From Candidatus Eiseniibacteriota bacterium (GTDB taxonomy: Bacteria > Eisenbacteria > RBG-16-71-46): a DNA stretch of 64,000 nt. Shown here piece after piece: positions 10,172-21,438 of this stretch. Numbering within the stretch: position 1 is the first letter of the stretch; every line of letters starts with the position of its first letter. Location: positions 71,013 through 135,012 of the forward strand of contig JACRIW010000020.1 in the NCBI GenBank assembly GCA_016215625.1. Reading direction: 5' to 3'. Below the pieces are notes generated by a model. It made no database searches. It was not told where the DNA came from and saw only the letters and a list, made by a program, of their open reading frames with translations. A program made the translations under genes and the position numbers.

Positions 10172-10807
10172 ATGATCTCCGCCATCGAAGCACTCCAGAG
10201 ACTTCGCGAAGGCAACCGCCGGTTCGTCGCGGACCGCAGCAGCGCGTCCGCCCTGGTCGATCACCAGCGCCGCATCGAACTCGTGTCCCGGCAGGAGCCG
10301 TTCGCGATCGTGCTCGGCTGCTCCGACTCGCGCGTGCCGGCCGAGTTGATCTTCGATCTCGGCTTCGGCGACCTCTTCGTGATCCGGGTCGCCGGCAACA
10401 TCGTCGCGCCCTCGCTCGTCGGCAGCGTCGAGTTCGCGGCCGCCCGCTTCGGCACGCGCCTCGTCGTCGTGCTCGGCCACACGCAGTGCGGCGCGATCGT
10501 CGCCACGCTCGAGGAACTCACCGGCCGCACCACGACGCAGTCGCGCAACCTGCAGTCCATCGTGCACCGCGTGAAGCCCGCCGTGCAGAACCTTCTCGCC
10601 GGGCACCCGCACCTGAGTGACGACGAGATCGTCGACCAGGCGGTGAAGGCCAACGTGCGCGCGTCCGCGGACCATCTTCGCCACGGCTCGGAGCTGCTCG
10701 AAGGGCTGATCCAGAACGACGGCCTGCTGATCGTCGGCGCGGAGTACTCGCTCGAGACGGGCGTCGTCGAGTTCTTCGACGGCGTGCCGGAAGGCCTGCA
10801 GGACTGA
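10172..10807 (+). CDS. beta-class carbonic anhydrase
   Basis: GCSDSRVP, RVAGN and GHTQCGA zinc ligands. Confidence 0.93.
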   Translation: MISAIEALQRLREGNRRFVADRSSASALVDHQRRIELVSRQEPFAIVLGCSDSRVPAELIFDLGFGDLFVIRVAGNIVAPSLVGSVEFAAARFGTRLVVVLGHTQCGAIVATLEELTGRTTTQSRNLQSIVHRVKPAVQNLLAGHPHLSDDEIVDQAVKANVRASADHLRHGSELLEGLIQNDGLLIVGAEYSLETGVVEFFDGVPEGLQD

Positions 10808-10855
10808 TCTCCGGGCGCTTCCGGCGTCCTCCACGATTCCGACGAAAGGCCCGCC

Positions 10856-11686
10856 ATGCGCCCGGACGGATTCCCGCAGCTCGTGCCCTACTGCTTCGTG
10901 GAGCGCGCGCACGAGTTCGTGCGCTTCCTCGTGGAGGCGCTCGGAGGCGCCGAGCTGCAGCGCTCGCTGCGTCCCGACGGCGCGATCGCGAACGCGATGG
11001 TCGCCTTCGACGGCGTGACGATCATGGTGAGCGAGGCCTCGGCGGAGTTTCCCGCGATGCCGGGCTCGTACTACCTGTACGTCGCGGATGCGGACGCGGT
11101 GACCGCGAAGGCGATCGCCGCCGGCGCCGCGCTGGTGATGGCGGTCGGCGACATGCCCTACGGCGAGCGGCAGGGCGGAGTGCGCGACCCGTTCGGCAAC
11201 CTCTGGTGGATCTCGCAGCGTCTCGCGAGCGGTCCGTACGCGCACGACCCCACGGCCGAGTCCCGCGTCGCCGCGACGTCGCGCGTGTTGTCGGCGCCGC
11301 CGTCCACCGTCTGGGACGCGTTCCGCGATCCCGGGAAGCTGGCGCGCTGGTGGGGGCCCGAGGGTTTCACGAACGAGTTCGAGTCGTTCGACTTCCGCGT
11401 CGGCGGCGACTGGAAGTTCGTCATGCGCGGCCCGCAGGGAGCCGCGTATCCCAACCATCAGCGCTTCGTCGCGCTGGACGAGGCGCGGCGCTTCGTGACC
11501 TGCCACGTGAACGCCCCGCACTACGTGCTCACCGTGATGCTCGTGCCCGAGGGCGACGGGACGCGCCTCGACTGGCGGCAGGAGTTCGAGTCCGACGACC
11601 TGTTCCGCCGCCTCGCCGAGTTCGTCCGGCCCGCCAACGAGCAGAACCTCGACCGGCTGGAGGCGGTGCTCTCGTCCGGGCGCTGA
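10856..11686 (+). CDS. VOC/PhnB-like glyoxalase domain fused to SRPBCC (AHSA1-like) domain
   Basis: YGERQGGVRDPFGNLWWI followed by VWDAFRDPGKLARWWGP...DFRVGGDW. Confidence 0.8.
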   Translation: MRPDGFPQLVPYCFVERAHEFVRFLVEALGGAELQRSLRPDGAIANAMVAFDGVTIMVSEASAEFPAMPGSYYLYVADADAVTAKAIAAGAALVMAVGDMPYGERQGGVRDPFGNLWWISQRLASGPYAHDPTAESRVAATSRVLSAPPSTVWDAFRDPGKLARWWGPEGFTNEFESFDFRVGGDWKFVMRGPQGAAYPNHQRFVALDEARRFVTCHVNAPHYVLTVMLVPEGDGTRLDWRQEFESDDLFRRLAEFVRPANEQNLDRLEAVLSSGR

Positions 11687-11805
11687 TCGGAATGGGCCGC
11701 CCGGCCCATTTACATGCGCCCGCGGTGCCGATTCACTGGCGGCACACGCGACGGGAGACACCGGAGCGACCCCGGGCATTCGCACTCGAATCGTCGAGGA
11801 AGCTC

Positions 11806-12579
11806 ATGCGTCTTTCGAATCGTTACCGCCTGCTCGTCCGGGCCGGCACGGCCGTCGTGGCGGTGGTCGCCGCGAAGCTCGCGATGCACGCGCTCGGATG
11901 GGAAACCCTGTCGCTCAATCCGCTGTTCTCCGGCATCGTCGCGGCCAACGTGTTCCTGATGGGCTTCCTGCTCAACGGCGTGCTGTCCGACTTCAAGGAG
12001 AGCGAGCGCCTGCCGGGAGAGCTGGCGGCGGGGCTCGAGAACCTCGCGCAGGACGTGCGCGGGATCGGTCTCGCGCGCGCCGACGCGGACGTGCGCCCGT
12101 GCCTGGGCGCGCTCGCCGCTCTCGCCGCGGACGTGCGGGGCTGGTTCCACAAGCAGGTGCGCTCGCGCGCGCTGACCGAGCGTCTCGACGCGCTCACACC
12201 CGAGTTCGCGAAGCTCGAGCAGTGGACGCAGGCGACGCTCGTCTCGCGGCTCAAGCAGGAGCAGGGCGCGCTGCGCCGGCTGCTCACGCGCGCGCACACG
12301 ATCCGCGAGACGTCGTTCATCGCGTCCGGCTACCTGCTCGCGGACCTCGTCACGGTGCTGCTGTGCGTGGGGCTCGTGCTCGTGCGGATCGAGCCGTTCC
12401 ACGAGTCGCTCTTCTTCGTGACCGTGATCGCGTACTTCATGATCTACCTGCTCATGCTCATCCGCGACCTCGACAACCCGTTCGGCTACTACGACGGCGC
12501 CTCCGGTGAGGACGTTTCGCTCAAGCCCCTCGAGGACGCGATCGAGCGCCTGCATCGCCTGGCGGCGGAAGGGCGCTGA
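11806..12579 (+). CDS. membrane protein, bestrophin-like/DUF4239-like
   Basis: Two N-terminal and two C-terminal TM helices, IRDLDNPF motif. Confidence 0.6.
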   Translation: MRLSNRYRLLVRAGTAVVAVVAAKLAMHALGWETLSLNPLFSGIVAANVFLMGFLLNGVLSDFKESERLPGELAAGLENLAQDVRGIGLARADADVRPCLGALAALAADVRGWFHKQVRSRALTERLDALTPEFAKLEQWTQATLVSRLKQEQGALRRLLTRAHTIRETSFIASGYLLADLVTVLLCVGLVLVRIEPFHESLFFVTVIAYFMIYLLMLIRDLDNPFGYYDGASGEDVSLKPLEDAIERLHRLAAEGR

Positions 12580-12589
12580 GGGCGGGGAG

Positions 12590-13612
12590 TCACCCCACCA
12601 TCGCGTCCAACAACTTCCACGCGCCGTCCACCGTGAGGCGGTCGAGGCAGCGCAGGTCGTCGCAGACGTCGCGGTGGCAGGGGCTGCATTCGACGCGCGC
12701 GTAGTGCGCGCGGTGCCCCTCGCGCTCGGGGTAGGGGAAGAACATCGCGGGGCGGTTGCGGCTCATGAGGCCCAGCGTGCGCGCGCCGCTCGCGACCGAC
12801 GTGTGCAGCGGGCCGGTGTCGCCGCTCACGAACGCGGCGCACAGCGACTGCAGCGCCACGAACCGCCCGATCGGCCAGCCGGAGACGACGAACGCGCGCG
12901 GTGACGCCAGCTGCGCCACGCACGCGCGCGCGGCTTCTTCCTCGCCCGGTCCCGCGGTGAAGAGCGCCACCGCGCCGGGGCGCGAATCGAGCAGGCGCTT
13001 CGCGAGCGCGACGAAGCGCTCGACCGGCCAGCGACGCGTGGGCCAGCGCGCGCCGGCGTGAAAGCCGACGAGCGTCGCGCCGATCGGCACGGCCATCGCG
13101 CGCAGTCCGTCGCGCGCTTCGCCGACCGCCGTGAGCGACACGTGCAGGCGCGGCGTCGCGGGCTCGGCCGGCACGGGCCAGCCGAGCGCCGCGACGCTCG
13201 CCAGATGGAAGCCGGTCGACGACAGCGTGCGCGGCCGCGCGTGGTGCGTGTAGAGCGCCGAGCGCCAGCCCTTGTTCGGGTAGCCCGAGCGTGCGCTTGC
13301 CCCGCTGGCGAACGTCCAGACCGCCGTGCGCGGATTGCAGAAGCAGTCGATCGTCACGTCCGGACGCCACGCGCGCATGTCCCGGATCAGCGCGAGCGTT
13401 TCACCGGCCGACGGTTTGCCGGAGATCGTGAATACGCGGTCCACGCGCGGGTCGCCCGCGAGGAGCGGCGCCAGGCCGCGCTCGAGCACGTAGCCGATCT
13501 TCGCGTTCGGGCACGCGGCGCGCGCCGCCTCGAGGGCGGGCAGCGTCAGGCAGACGTCGCCCAGGAAGCGTGGCCGGACGAAGAGAATCTTGCGGACGTC
13601 GGAGGGATTCAT
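12590..13612 (-). CDS. glycosyltransferase family 9 (heptosyltransferase-like)
   Basis: RFLGDVCLTLP, GARWPTRRWP and GDTGPLH motifs. Confidence 0.88.
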   Translation of the reverse strand: MNPSDVRKILFVRPRFLGDVCLTLPALEAARAACPNAKIGYVLERGLAPLLAGDPRVDRVFTISGKPSAGETLALIRDMRAWRPDVTIDCFCNPRTAVWTFASGASARSGYPNKGWRSALYTHHARPRTLSSTGFHLASVAALGWPVPAEPATPRLHVSLTAVGEARDGLRAMAVPIGATLVGFHAGARWPTRRWPVERFVALAKRLLDSRPGAVALFTAGPGEEEAARACVAQLASPRAFVVSGWPIGRFVALQSLCAAFVSGDTGPLHTSVASGARTLGLMSRNRPAMFFPYPEREGHRAHYARVECSPCHRDVCDDLRCLDRLTVDGAWKLLDAMVG

Positions 13613-13705
13613 GGGCCTCACGCGGCGCGGGTGAGTAGAATGCGCGCACCGTAACCGACCCTCCCCACACCGTGCCACCACGAGCGAGAACCACGAGGCC
13701 GCGAA

Positions 13706-14890
13706 GTGAGCCACGACTCCCGGCGCCCCGCGCACGCCGTCGAAACGAACGCCGTCCACGGCCCGCACGTCGAGCATCGCGGCGCCGTGAGCACGCCGCT
13801 CGTCCACAGCGCGACGTTCACGTTCGAGAAGCTCGAGGACATGGTCGAGCAGCAGCGGCTCGACACCGCCGGCTCGTTCTACCAGCGCAAGGGCCATCCC
13901 ACGATCTTCGCGGTCGAGGAGCGCCTCGCGCTGCTCGAGGGCTGCGAAGCGGCGCTGCTGTTCCCTTCCGGCATGGCGGCGATCTCGACGGTGTTCCTCA
14001 CGCTGCTGCGCACGGGCGAGCACCTCGTGTGCGTGGACCCGTGCTACGGCGGCACGCAGGCGCTGCTCGCGTGGGGGCGCGAACACTTCGGCTGGGACTA
14101 CACGCTGGTGGACGCGCGCAAGCCCGACACGTGGGAGAGCGCGTTCCGCCCGAACACGCGCGTGCTGCACCTGGAATCGCCCATCAACCCGACGCTCGCG
14201 GTGCTCGACGTGGCCGCAGGCGCCGCGCTGGGCAAGCGCCACGGCTGCGTGGTGACGATCGACAACACGATCGCCTCGCCGCTCGGGCAGCGCCCGCTCG
14301 AGATGGGCTGCGACATTTCGCTCTACAGCGCGACCAAGTCCATCGGCGGGCACAGCGACCTGCTGGCGGGCGCCGCGATGGGGTCGTGGCAGCACCTGCG
14401 CGCGGCCGCGTTCACGCGCATGGTGTTCGGCCCGATCGCCGATCCCGCGATGGCGTGGATGATCGAGCGCTCGCTCAAGACGATGCCGCTGCGCGTGCGC
14501 GCGGGGAACGCGAACGCGCTCGAACTCGCCACGCGGCTCACGAAGCACCCGAAGGTCGCGCAGGTGTTCTACCCCGGGCTGCCGTCGCACCCCACGCACG
14601 CGCTCGCGGTGAAGCAGATGCGCGAGGGCTTCGGCCCGCTGCTGTCGTTCGAGGTCGAGGGCGGCGCGGACGCGGCGCTCGCGGTGGTGGACCGGCTGAA
14701 GGTGATCAAGCACGGCGCGAGCCTCGGCGGCGTCGAGTCCCTGGCGTCGCTGGCGGCGTTCACGTCGCACCAGATCCTCGGGCCCGAGGGCCGCGCCCGG
14801 GCGGGGATTCCCGAGGGGCTCGTGCGCGTCTCCGCGGGCGTCGAGCACGTGGACGACCTCTGGGCGGACCTCTTGCAGGCGCTCGGCTGA
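13706..14890 (+). CDS. Cys/Met metabolism PLP enzyme (methionine gamma-lyase / cystathionine gamma-synthase family)
   Basis: SGMAAI, ESPINP, DNT, SATKSIGGHSD and SLGGVESL motifs. Confidence 0.9.
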   Translation: MSHDSRRPAHAVETNAVHGPHVEHRGAVSTPLVHSATFTFEKLEDMVEQQRLDTAGSFYQRKGHPTIFAVEERLALLEGCEAALLFPSGMAAISTVFLTLLRTGEHLVCVDPCYGGTQALLAWGREHFGWDYTLVDARKPDTWESAFRPNTRVLHLESPINPTLAVLDVAAGAALGKRHGCVVTIDNTIASPLGQRPLEMGCDISLYSATKSIGGHSDLLAGAAMGSWQHLRAAAFTRMVFGPIADPAMAWMIERSLKTMPLRVRAGNANALELATRLTKHPKVAQVFYPGLPSHPTHALAVKQMREGFGPLLSFEVEGGADAALAVVDRLKVIKHGASLGGVESLASLAAFTSHQILGPEGRARAGIPEGLVRVSAGVEHVDDLWADLLQALG

Positions 14891-15059
14891 GGGGTTTCGC
14901 CGCCCGTTTCGCGGCGAAATGCCGCCGGCGTCCGGCCGGCCGGTGCTCGCGTCACGCCCGCGTCAGATGTGGCCGATGCCTTGCCGGGTGGGCCGCGCCC
15001 CGTGCTATCCTTGCGCCCGCTTTCGCGCCCCAAAGAACCCTGACCGGAGGAATCCGCTC

Positions 15060-15701
15060 GTGAAGCGTCTGGCCTCGCTCGTGCTGATCGCGATCCTGCT
15101 CTGCATCGTCTCGACCGCCTTCGGCCACCGCAACGCCGCTGCCGCGCCCACTCCCGTCGCCGTCGCCACCCCGGCGGTCACGGACAGCCTCGGGCTGCTC
15201 GAGCGCGCCGTCGCGAAGGACTCCACCAAGTTCGACAACCTGTACCGGCTCGGCGTCATGTACCTCGAGCGCGAGCGCATGCAGGACGCGCTCAAGGTGC
15301 TCGGCAAGGCGAACTCGCTCAAGCCCGGCCAGACCAAGGTGCTCGTGAACCTGGGCGTCGCCGCCGACGCGATCGGTCACATGGACGAGGCGCAGGAGTT
15401 CTACGGCCAGGCGCTCAAGGTCGCCCCCGCCGACTCCGTCGCGCTCTGCCGCATGGCGAGCAGCAAGTACGCGCAGGGCAAGTACGACGACGCGATGGGC
15501 CTGCTTCGCGACATCATCCGCACGAAGCCGCGCTCGCACTGCGCCTACTTCACGATGGGCGTGGCGATGGCCGACGCGGGCATCTACCGCGACGCGATCC
15601 GGATGTGGCGCAAGGTCATCGAACTTGCGCCGGATTCGCCCGAGGCGCTGAGCGCGCGCGAGTCCATCGACGTGCTCGAGAAATTCCTCGCCGGCAAGTG
15701 A
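15060..15701 (+). CDS. secreted TPR-repeat protein
   Basis: GGAGG RBS, GTG start, signal peptide, several TPR-like helix pairs. Confidence 0.8.
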   Translation: MKRLASLVLIAILLCIVSTAFGHRNAAAAPTPVAVATPAVTDSLGLLERAVAKDSTKFDNLYRLGVMYLERERMQDALKVLGKANSLKPGQTKVLVNLGVAADAIGHMDEAQEFYGQALKVAPADSVALCRMASSKYAQGKYDDAMGLLRDIIRTKPRSHCAYFTMGVAMADAGIYRDAIRMWRKVIELAPDSPEALSARESIDVLEKFLAGK

Positions 15702-15786
15702 CGCGGGCGGTTCGCCCGACGAGCTGCTTTCTCCAGGCCGCGGCGCGCCCCACGGTGCGCCGCGGTTTCTCATCCCGGACCTCGCC

Positions 15787-16926
15787 ATGATCTATCTCGA
15801 CCACAACGCGAGCACGCCCGTCCGCCCGGAAGTCGCGGACGCGATGGACGCCGCCCTGCGCACGCTCTCGGCGAACCCGTCGAGCGCCCATCGCGAGGGG
15901 CAGCGTGTGCGCGCCGCGGTCGAGCGCGCCCGCGCGCAGGTCGCGCGCTTCGTGAATGCGCGCGAGGCCGAGGTCGTGTTCGTCTCGGGTGGCACCGAGG
16001 GCGATCACCTCGCGCTGGTCGGCACCGCACTCGCGCGGCGCGACGCCGGCCGGCACGTCGCGTACGCGGCGGTCGAGCACCACGCGGTGCACGGCGCCGC
16101 GGCGCTGCTCGGCGAGTTCGGCTGGACGCACTCCGAACTGCCGTGCGACGCCGAGGGCCGCACGATCCCTTCGAGCGTGGACGCGCTGCCCGCGGGCACC
16201 ACGGTGCTCTCGGTGATGTTCGCGAACAACGAGACGGGCGTGCTGCAGCCGGTCGCCGAACTGGCGGCGCGCGCGCGCGCGCGGCATCCACGTGCACTGC
16301 GACGCGGTGCAGGCGGCGGGCAAGGTGCCGGTGGACGTGACGGCGCTCGGCGTGGACCACCTCGTGCTGTCGGGCCACAAGTTCGGCGGCCCCAAGGGTG
16401 CGGCCGCGCTGATCGCGCGCACCGGCGCGCCGCTCTCGCCGCTCGCGCGCGGCAGCGCGCACGAGCGCGGCCGGCGTGGCGGCACCGAGAACGTCGCTGG
16501 CATCGTCGGGCTCGGGCTCGCGTGCGAACTGGCCGCGGCGGAACTGGCCGCGCAGGGCGCGCGCATCGCGGCGCTGCGCGAGCGCTTCGAGCGCGGGCTG
16601 CGCGAGGCGATCCCCGACTGCGTCGTCAACGGCGCCGGCGCGGAGCGCCTGCCGAACACGAGCAACGTGTCGTTCCCCGGCGCGCGTGCCGACCACCTGC
16701 TGCTCGCGCTCGATGCGCGCGGGGTGATGGCGTCCGCCGGCGCGGCGTGCGCGAGCGGCGCGGTCGAGCCTTCGCCGGTGCTCGCGGCGATGGGCGTGAG
16801 CCGCGAGCTGGCGATCTCGGCGCTGCGCTTCTCGCTCGGCGCGACGACCACGGCGGACGATGTCGAGCAGGCGCTGCCGCTCGTCGTCGCGGCGGTCGCC
16901 GCGGCGCGCGGCACGGGAGTGCGGTC

Positions 16927-16930
<4 letters not shown>
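15787..16930 (+). pseudogene. iscS: cysteine desulfurase (IscS/NifS type), frameshifted near 16267-16283
   Basis: IYLDHNAST, SGGTE and ANNETG in one frame; HCDAVQ, SGHKFGGPKG and SAGAAC in another; shift lies in a (GC)8 tract and may be an assembly error. Confidence 0.85.
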
Positions 16931-18068
<1,138 letters not shown>

Positions 18069-18072
<4 letters not shown>

Positions 18073-18980
18073 GCGAGAAACTCCAGACGCGCACGATCAC
18101 GCACTGCCTCGCGTGCGGCGCCGAGAAGCTCGAGCCGCTCGCGATGAAGTACCTCTGGCGCGGCCACGAGTTTCCCGCGGGCTCGTGCCCGTGGTGCGAC
18201 ATGCGCTCGCTCACGGTGCAGCCGGTGGGAGAGACGCTCGCGAGCATGTACTCCGCCGAGTACTTCGAGGTGGACTTCCGCTGCGGCCGCGCCGACACGA
18301 ACTCGTTCGACGAGTCCGCGTTCCGCGCCGAGAACGCCGGGCTGCTCGACGCGTTCGAGACGTACAAGGGCGGCGGCCGGCTGCTCGAGATCGGCTGCGC
18401 CTCGGGCTGGCTCCTGAAGCACGCGGCCGAGCGCGGCTGGCAGGTGACGGGCGTCGAGTATTCCGCCGACGCCGCGGCGCACGCGAAGCAGCTCGGCGTG
18501 GACGTGCACGTGGGCGCGCTCGAGGACGCGAAGCTGCCCGCGGGCGCCTTCGATCTCGTGTACATGGGCGACGTGCTCGAGCACGTGCCCGACTGCCACG
18601 ACACCGCCGAGCGCGTCGCGGCGCTGCTCGCCCCGGGCGGGCACTTCTACCTGCGCGGCCCGATCACCACGAACACGCTCGCGCGCCGCATCGCGCTCCA
18701 GCTGTACGCCGTGGCCGGCGGCAGCATCACGCTGCATGAGCCGCCCTACCACCTGTGGGAGTTCACCCCCACGTCGCTTCGCCGGCTCATGCGCCGCGTG
18801 GGACTGAAGGTGGTCGAGATGCGCGAGTCGAAGATCCCGCCGGGCAGCGCCGGCGGCCGCAAGCGCGGCGTGCAGCGCGCCCTCATGGCGGCGCTCGACG
18901 CCGGCAACGTGCCGCTCACCAACGCCTTCAATCGCTGGGGCGACCGTGTGGTTATGGTGGCGGAGAAGCCGCGGGGCTGA
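18069..18980 (+). CDS. class I SAM-dependent methyltransferase with N-terminal Zn-ribbon
   Basis: CLAC...CPWC, LLEIGCASG, DVLEHVP and PPYHL motifs. Confidence 0.82.
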
Positions 18981-19090
18981 GTTCCGCCGGCCGGAGCCGC
19001 ACTCCGGTCTTGACGCACGACTCTCATCGGGCGGAACCTCCGGGCACGACAGCCGCCCCGACCGGGTCTGGCGATCACCCCGAGGAACCC

Positions 19091-21367
19091 ATGAACACCT
19101 CCTGCTTCTCGGCCCGCGCGCGGCGTTGGGGCGCCGCGCTGCTGACGGCGCTGTGCGCGTGCGCCGCGCCCGCCTTCGCCGCGACGGCGACCGATCCCAT
19201 CTTCACGCCGCTGCTGGTGCACACCACGATCGAGCCCGCGGTGCCGTGCGCGGACAGTACGGTGTACCTGGCCGTGCACCTCGCGGACCCGTGCCTGCGG
19301 GTCGTCAGCTTCTCGACGAACGTGAGCCCGCCGACGCTGCTCGTGCGCCGCGCGTCGCGGCAGGGCGACAGCTGTGCGGTCGTGCCGAACATCGACCGGC
19401 GCTATGCGCTCGGACGATTCGCGGCGGGACAGCACGTGTACACCGTGCGCGTGCGCACGGAAGTCCCGAACGATTCGGGCTACGCCGTGTCGTGGCAGGA
19501 CCGGCCGCTCCCGTTCTTCGTGTCGTCGAGCTGCAGCGGCGCCCGGCCGCTGCCCTTCGGGCTGCAGTTCATGCTGAACGGGCGGATGTTCGGTGGCGTC
19601 GCCGAGCCGAACATGTGTCCGGCAGTGGCGACGACCCTGCGCTTTTCCGGTTACGTCACGAGCAGCTGCGAGCGCTACACGGGCTACCGGTTCATCCCGA
19701 GCGTCAACGGGACCGACCGCGACCTCGTGCTCGTGGACTTCTCGCAGCGCTGCCCGGACTCGCTCACGGCGTGCCTCGCGAGCATCGAGAACTTCCGCGA
19801 CTCGCTGGTGCTTCCCGCGGCCGCTTCCGGCGCGCGCCGGCTCGAGGTCGTGGTGGTGAATCACCTCGGCTGTCCCGACTCGCTGCCGCGTTCGATCGCC
19901 AGCGCGAGCTTCGCGTACACCGTCGCGGACAGCTGCGCAGCTCCTCCGCCGCCTCCTGCGCCGCTCTGCACGCATCCGTACCTCTTCCCGCGCGGCGACA
20001 CCACGACGACCTGGCCCGACATCACGGTGGACCCCTGCGATCTCCGCGTCGGGCCCGGCGGGACGGGCTCGATCGAGCTGAACACGTGGACCGGCACGCC
20101 GCTCGCCGGCCTGCAGGGCGTGATGCTGCCGCCGCGCGGACCGCTCCACCTCGAGCGCATCGAACTCTCCGGCGCCGCGATCGGCATGCACCTGCAGACG
20201 CAGCGGCGGGACGACGGCGGCATCGCCTGGGCGATCTGGGCCGACCACGGCGCCCCGATCGGGACGAACCGGCTCGTGCCGGTGCTGCGCGTGTTCGTGC
20301 GCGCGGACTCCGTCACCGACCGCAAGGTCGAAGTCCACATGGGGAGCAGCGTGACCGCGGCTTCCGATTCGCTCGGCCGCTCGGTGGCGCTGTGCGTGGA
20401 CCCGTTCGACCACGTGTACCAGGTGTGGGCGTGCGTCGGGACCGCGATGGTGCCGGCTTCGTGCGACGCGAACGGCGACGGCCGCACGAACGTCGCCGAC
20501 CTCGTGCGCATGGTGCGCTGCTGGTTCCGCCCCGCCGAGTGCCCGGACACGCTGCTGGCGCGCCCGGACTGCGACCACGACGGTGCGTTCCATCTCGACG
20601 ACGTGCTCTGCTGCGCGCGCACGATCCTCGGCGCCCCGCGCGACAGCGCCGCGCACGCCCCGGCGCACCTGCGCTTCGCGTTCGGCGAGCCGCGCCTGGT
20701 GGGCGGCGTGCTGCAGGTGCCGCTCACGATGAGCGGCGGCGGAGAACTCGGCGGCGCGCTGCTGCGCCTCGAGTATCCGGGCGAGCGTTACGAGTCGGGC
20801 GAGTGGACGGTCGCGGGCGGCGTGCCCGCCGGTGGGGGCGAGATCGGCACGACGAGCTGGACCGTGGTCACCGAGCACGGCACCGACGACCTGCTGCTCG
20901 GCCTGCTGCGGCTCGACGACGCGGCGGCCGACGAGGTCACGACCGTGCTGCAGTTCCGGCTGCGGCAGGGACAGGTACACGGCGGCACGGTCTCGATCGC
21001 CGAGAGCGAACTGACCGCGCCCGACGGCGCGGCGCTGGCGCTCGACCTGGGCGGCGTGCAGGCGCCGCTGGCGCCGAACCCGCCTGCTGCTCCGCCCGCG
21101 CGGCTGGCGCTGTCGGCCGCGCGACCCAACCCGAGCGCGGGCCGCGCGGCGTTCACGATCGCCCTGCCCGCGGCGGGCGACGTGGACCTCGCGATCCACG
21201 ACCTCGCGGGCCGTCGCGTCGCCACGCTGTGGCGCGGCGCGCTGGGCGCGGGTGAGCGCGAGTTCGTGTGGAACGCCGCGGGCGCGCGTGACGGCGTGTA
21301 CTTCGCGCGTCTCGTGGTGAACGGGGAAGTGCGCAGCACGCGGCTGGTGCTGCGGCGCGATCGCTGA
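19091..21367 (+). CDS. large secreted Cys-rich protein with dockerin-like, cohesin-like and C-terminal FlgD/T9SS-CTD-like domains
   Basis: Signal peptide; CDANGDGRTNVADL and DCDHDGAFHLDD loops; C-terminal ARPNPS...IHDLAGRRVATL...GVYFARL. Confidence 0.75.
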   Translation: MNTSCFSARARRWGAALLTALCACAAPAFAATATDPIFTPLLVHTTIEPAVPCADSTVYLAVHLADPCLRVVSFSTNVSPPTLLVRRASRQGDSCAVVPNIDRRYALGRFAAGQHVYTVRVRTEVPNDSGYAVSWQDRPLPFFVSSSCSGARPLPFGLQFMLNGRMFGGVAEPNMCPAVATTLRFSGYVTSSCERYTGYRFIPSVNGTDRDLVLVDFSQRCPDSLTACLASIENFRDSLVLPAAASGARRLEVVVVNHLGCPDSLPRSIASASFAYTVADSCAAPPPPPAPLCTHPYLFPRGDTTTTWPDITVDPCDLRVGPGGTGSIELNTWTGTPLAGLQGVMLPPRGPLHLERIELSGAAIGMHLQTQRRDDGGIAWAIWADHGAPIGTNRLVPVLRVFVRADSVTDRKVEVHMGSSVTAASDSLGRSVALCVDPFDHVYQVWACVGTAMVPASCDANGDGRTNVADLVRMVRCWFRPAECPDTLLARPDCDHDGAFHLDDVLCCARTILGAPRDSAAHAPAHLRFAFGEPRLVGGVLQVPLTMSGGGELGGALLRLEYPGERYESGEWTVAGGVPAGGGEIGTTSWTVVTEHGTDDLLLGLLRLDDAAADEVTTVLQFRLRQGQVHGGTVSIAESELTAPDGAALALDLGGVQAPLAPNPPAAPPARLALSAARPNPSAGRAAFTIALPAAGDVDLAIHDLAGRRVATLWRGALGAGEREFVWNAAGARDGVYFARLVVNGEVRSTRLVLRRDR

Positions 21368-21438
21368 CGTCGCGCGGTTTCCCGAAACGAAGCAGCGGGG
21401 CGGCTCTCACGGGCCGCCCCGCCGCACGTTTCGTCCGG

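Noticed and set aside
12590-14848. Very long N-terminal extensions in the ORF track (also 1103, 11206, 17706, 38963, 42918, 49913, 57754)
   Set aside because: They overlap neighbouring genes; starts were reassigned to RBS-preceded or stop-coupled codons where family motifs begin.
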